Below, piece by piece: positions 60,800 through 64,000 of a DNA stretch of 64,000 nt. Location of the stretch: contig CDRNVI010000019.1 of the NCBI GenBank assembly GCA_977017575.1, forward strand, positions 310,001 through 374,000, given 5' to 3'. Made by a program: the position numbers and the translations under genes. The notes beneath the pieces were generated by a model, which searched no databases, was not told the DNA's origin, and saw nothing but the letters and a program-made list of their open reading frames with translations. Each line of letters starts with the position of its first letter. The first letter of the stretch is position 1. The stretch is from Paramoeba atlantica (Eukaryota; Protista; Discosea).

Positions 60800-61192
60800 T
60801 CACAACACAACCTCAAGATCACGCTACAGGAAAGGAGCACAAATCTTTTTCTCGGCATTCGGTTCAAACAATAAATTAAATAGAATATTTGTTTCCTCTA
60901 AGGTAGTATAAATTATTATTAGAGTACCCTATATTACACAGTACTACATGCATCAGTCAAGAAAGTGAACAAGTGCGGTGATTATAAAAAAATGTCAAAC
61001 GAGCAATATCAAACACAACGTCATGATACAACACTAAATTCATTAGCTAATCGCGTCGTGGAGAACTTATGCTCTTTTGTTCCTATAATATTTTGAGACA
61101 TGCTTTTCGTTGCATAACTATTGAAAATGCATAGGATAACTGCTACTTGACATGTCAGGTCATAAACCTCATTTACTGTTCAATGTTTCACA

Positions 61193-61474
61193 CTATAAAT
61201 GCAGCTTCCCCTCTCTATCCCATTGCATTGTGCTGTCGCACCCACCAACGAATTCACCCTTTAGAAACACGGCAGGTACAGTGTCATGCTGGTAACGCTC
61301 TCGAAGCTCCTTACGGATGCCCTCACCCTCTTCACCCATCGTGTCCACGAGAATTTCGCTATACGGAAGATTCCGTCTTTTTAGAAGCTCCTTGACATCC
61401 ACACAGAATGGGCAGTGCGTGAAGGAGAACACAGTCACAGGGGCGCGAGCAAAGAATGATGAGATAACGCTCAT
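61193..61474 (-). CDS. GRX: Dithiol glutaredoxin
   Basis: CPFC active site, TVPAVF and GGCD. Confidence 0.92.
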   Translation of the reverse strand: MSVISSFFARAPVTVFSFTHCPFCVDVKELLKRRNLPYSEILVDTMGEEGEGIRKELRERYQHDTVPAVFLKGEFVGGCDSTMQWDREGKLHL

Positions 61475-61715
61475 AAATAAAAAGTATCAGATACCGGATT
61501 TAAAATAGGGGAGCATCCATGTAATGCATAACGATTTGGACTCTTCGATATTCTAGATACTATCATTTTTTCAGAAGTAAATTTTGGAATGTCAACATAA
61601 TTAAAGCAATACAATCAACGGAGAGATCAACCAAAGTATATAACCGTTTTCATCGCCAGTCATCCAGAAACCCAATACTCTCGTAGGTTGTCTAATACTG
61701 TAAAGTTCAGTGGGT

Positions 61716-63311
61716 CTATTCTATCCAACCTTCTGCGTTGAATGCATTGCTGTCGTCCTCCGAAGCAGGATCATCGTTTTTGTCATGAGATTGATCAAGA
61801 TAGGTAACTGAGCTCGCGCAACAAATAAGAATAGCGAGCGTAACCATTTCATGCTTAGAAACACTTGAGGCAAGGTACATACTCAGGCTTGCACACAGAG
61901 CTTGCATTCCTTGAACACTGCCAAAAACAATTGCAGCGGGATAAGCACTAAATGCCACGGTGCCGTAATACAGAAGGAATACGTTACAGCACGAATTCGC
62001 TGTACCAATAACGAATGACAAAATAGCGACACCGAATACGGATTGTGCGAAATGAGGAAGATAAAGCATTCCTAATGAGGCAACCGTAACGCAGAGGTTC
62101 AATAAAATCAAGTTATGACGCGACTGAGAAAGGGCTAAGGATGCGGGTGATACAATCGACGGTGCATTCGTCGGCGTAATTACGAGTTGAGGTATCGTAT
62201 CTCGAAGGTTGTGTACGGCATTGATATTGCCGCTATATTCGGAATCTGGGAGAGTATGATAACCTTTGCCCTCTTCTTTCGTAGTACGATCACACAGTAA
62301 CCCTAGTATGTAGGACATTACAGAATCAGCTAAACCAACGCCAGTCATAACTAGCCCTATGCGTTGCACCCCAAGAGTGGGTCCAACAACATGGCCAGGG
62401 AAAAAGCTAAACCATAAGCCTACGGAGAAGCCGCTCCATGCCGCGACTGGCAGAAACTCGGCTAAATCGGGATGGTCAAAAATGAAACGAAACAATGACA
62501 ATAGTGAAGCTAATACGGAATTCCTTTTCGGTGTCGATAGTTCGATTGTTGTGTCGGGATGGGCGCTGCGTGTCACGTTCGGCGTACCTCGCGGGGTGGA
62601 CTCGCAAGAGTCACATACCGATGAACTTTTTTCCCCATTATTAGCATGAACGTGACTGCGTTCAGCCATTCGTGTCCCACTCGATGATAAGTCTGGTAAA
62701 AGCGCATAAAGCAGAAGAACTCCAAGGCAGGATAGAACACCGTACACTAGAAAAAGGGACGAGTACAACACTTGCTCTTGTAGCAGCACTGTCGTAAGTA
62801 GATTGCCCCCCACTTGAGAGAGTTGCAATAACATGTAGAACATTCCTGCGCGGTATCCTACTCCTGATTCATCTGCTGCAGAGGACATAAAGCTCCCTTG
62901 TGCAGTCCACAGCACTCCGGCAGCCAGCCCGAAGAGAACGCTAGTAATTAAACACAGCACAGTGTATTGTGGTGTCTTCCAGCGCGCTACATAGTACGGT
63001 AGGAAGCAGATTCCACTCCAAATCAGAGCGTATCGTGTACCACGTTGTTGTACGATCTTGGGCGCAAGAAAAAGGGCTGAAATGCTGTAAAAAGCATACA
63101 ACAGGGTCAAAGAGAGTGCACCGGTGGCCCCAAACGCTGCCTCCATCACTCCTAGACTCGCGTTGTATGCTGTGTACATGACGCATATTCCTAGAGACAA
63201 CACTGTTGTAGGTCTCAGACGAGGCAAAAAGGAAGAAATGGTATCATACCTCTCGTTTTCTTCTCCTACCAGGAGAACTGTGCTCATACCATCATTGATG
63301 TTTGTGTCCAT
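61716..63311 (-). CDS. UNC-93-like MFS membrane protein
   Basis: Multiple TM segments; FGLAAGVLWTAQGSFM matches the UNC-93 LWxAQGxY motif. Confidence 0.8.
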   Translation of the reverse strand: MDTNINDGMSTVLLVGEENERYDTISSFLPRLRPTTVLSLGICVMYTAYNASLGVMEAAFGATGALSLTLLYAFYSISALFLAPKIVQQRGTRYALIWSGICFLPYYVARWKTPQYTVLCLITSVLFGLAAGVLWTAQGSFMSSAADESGVGYRAGMFYMLLQLSQVGGNLLTTVLLQEQVLYSSLFLVYGVLSCLGVLLLYALLPDLSSSGTRMAERSHVHANNGEKSSSVCDSCESTPRGTPNVTRSAHPDTTIELSTPKRNSVLASLLSLFRFIFDHPDLAEFLPVAAWSGFSVGLWFSFFPGHVVGPTLGVQRIGLVMTGVGLADSVMSYILGLLCDRTTKEEGKGYHTLPDSEYSGNINAVHNLRDTIPQLVITPTNAPSIVSPASLALSQSRHNLILLNLCVTVASLGMLYLPHFAQSVFGVAILSFVIGTANSCCNVFLLYYGTVAFSAYPAAIVFGSVQGMQALCASLSMYLASSVSKHEMVTLAILICCASSVTYLDQSHDKNDDPASEDDSNAFNAEGWIE

Positions 63312-63851
63312 GGAAGACCGGAATGCCGCGGCCAGTGTGTCACAGGTTGGAAAGCACGTAGCGACATGTACCTACCTCATGTTGTAATCATACTGTTGTT
63401 CTATTATCATTCACCAAGTTTATTGCATAGTGGTGTCGTAGTCATAATTTATTACTTTGTAGTTGTTTTAAAGTAGAACAACATTTTTCTTTGATACAAT
63501 ATAATGAAAACAAGCAAGAAAAGAAAAATAGAACACAAACGTTCGTTTTTTAAACATTCCAGTACAGTTTGCCTTGTTTATTTTGCGTCCCTCTTGCCAG
63601 CTCAAAATACGAAGTACATACGTAGTATTCCGAAAATATGTAGTACATACGTATTTCAGTAAGCTCTCTTGGCTTCTTTCGTCCCTTCAATCCAGATGGA
63701 TGAGCTAAGGGTCAGGATTGATGCCCTACATCAAACCACATGTCAGATGAATTCGGCATTCAATCCGGTTTATTAGGGTAAAAGGCTTGCTGTATTCATG
63801 CGCTTCCCCTAACATTTGTTTTTAATAGAAAAGAACCGAGATTCTACACAT

Positions 63852-63998
63852 TTATTCGCTATCATAAGCGGCGCATAGTGCGTTGCTTGCAACAAGTTGA
63901 TTCGATGACGAGAGCTGCTTCCGTTTCGCATCAAATGTCCGGTCGCGGGTGAAGATTGAAGAACCAAAAAAGGTTAGCCTTTCCGTACGGTTTTCGCT
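63852..63998 (-). CDS. Possible 3' end of the next upstream gene (truncated by the window)
   Basis: One minus-strand frame is open from the window edge for 48 codons to a TAA. Short, so it could be chance. Confidence 0.3.
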   Translation of the reverse strand, partial: SENRTERLTFFGSSIFTRDRTFDAKRKQLSSSNQLVASNALCAAYDSE

Positions 63999-64000
63999 TC

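Noticed and set aside
1-64000. tRNA, rRNA and snRNA genes
   Set aside because: No cloverleaf with A/B boxes or conserved rRNA/snRNA strings recognised by eye. A tRNAscan-SE/Infernal run would be needed to exclude them.

Overview
This is eukaryotic genomic DNA with an intronless, one-directional gene array: all ~36 host genes lie on the minus strand with short spacers. That layout, plus a kinetoplastid-style 2-Cys peroxiredoxin, alpha-tubulin and a BiP ending in MEDL, points to a kinetoplastid. A compact Perkinsela-like lineage is my inference, not a database result. Host genes include a pectin-acetylesterase/Notum-like hydrolase, peroxiredoxin, alpha-tubulin, BiP, FUN14, RPC5, a ThrE-type exporter, a FYVE-lipase, CDC73, RPS19, an enoyl-CoA hydratase, RPC9, UTP23, deoxyhypusine synthase, a Bet1-like SNARE, RPL7, mitochondrial uL4, DBP10, a KsgA/TFB1M-like methylase, CstF50, polyprenol reductase, IscA, glutaredoxin, an UNC-93-like MFS protein and three short LRR paralogs. 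The mobile content is unusually rich. It includes an intact Merlin/IS1595-type transposon (3751-5182, 8-bp TSD), a decayed Tc1/mariner (58113-59668) and four TA-flanked MITE-like elements, one carrying a Ulp1-protease-like ORF. A 6-kb hAT-like shell (28768-34808, 8-bp TSD) encloses a CRE/SLACS-clade RT+RLE retrotransposon with a 2A-like motif (GCIEANPGP), a 147-bp coding tandem repeat and a single-base frameshift. That retroelement sits at the head of a stack of ~400-bp poly(A)-tailed structured units. A second striking pattern is a series of GC-rich islands in which the plus strand flips from C/A-rich to G/T-rich. In alpha-tubulin and uL4m this flips synonymous codon choice mid-gene. No tRNA, rRNA, SL-RNA gene or CRISPR array was recognised.
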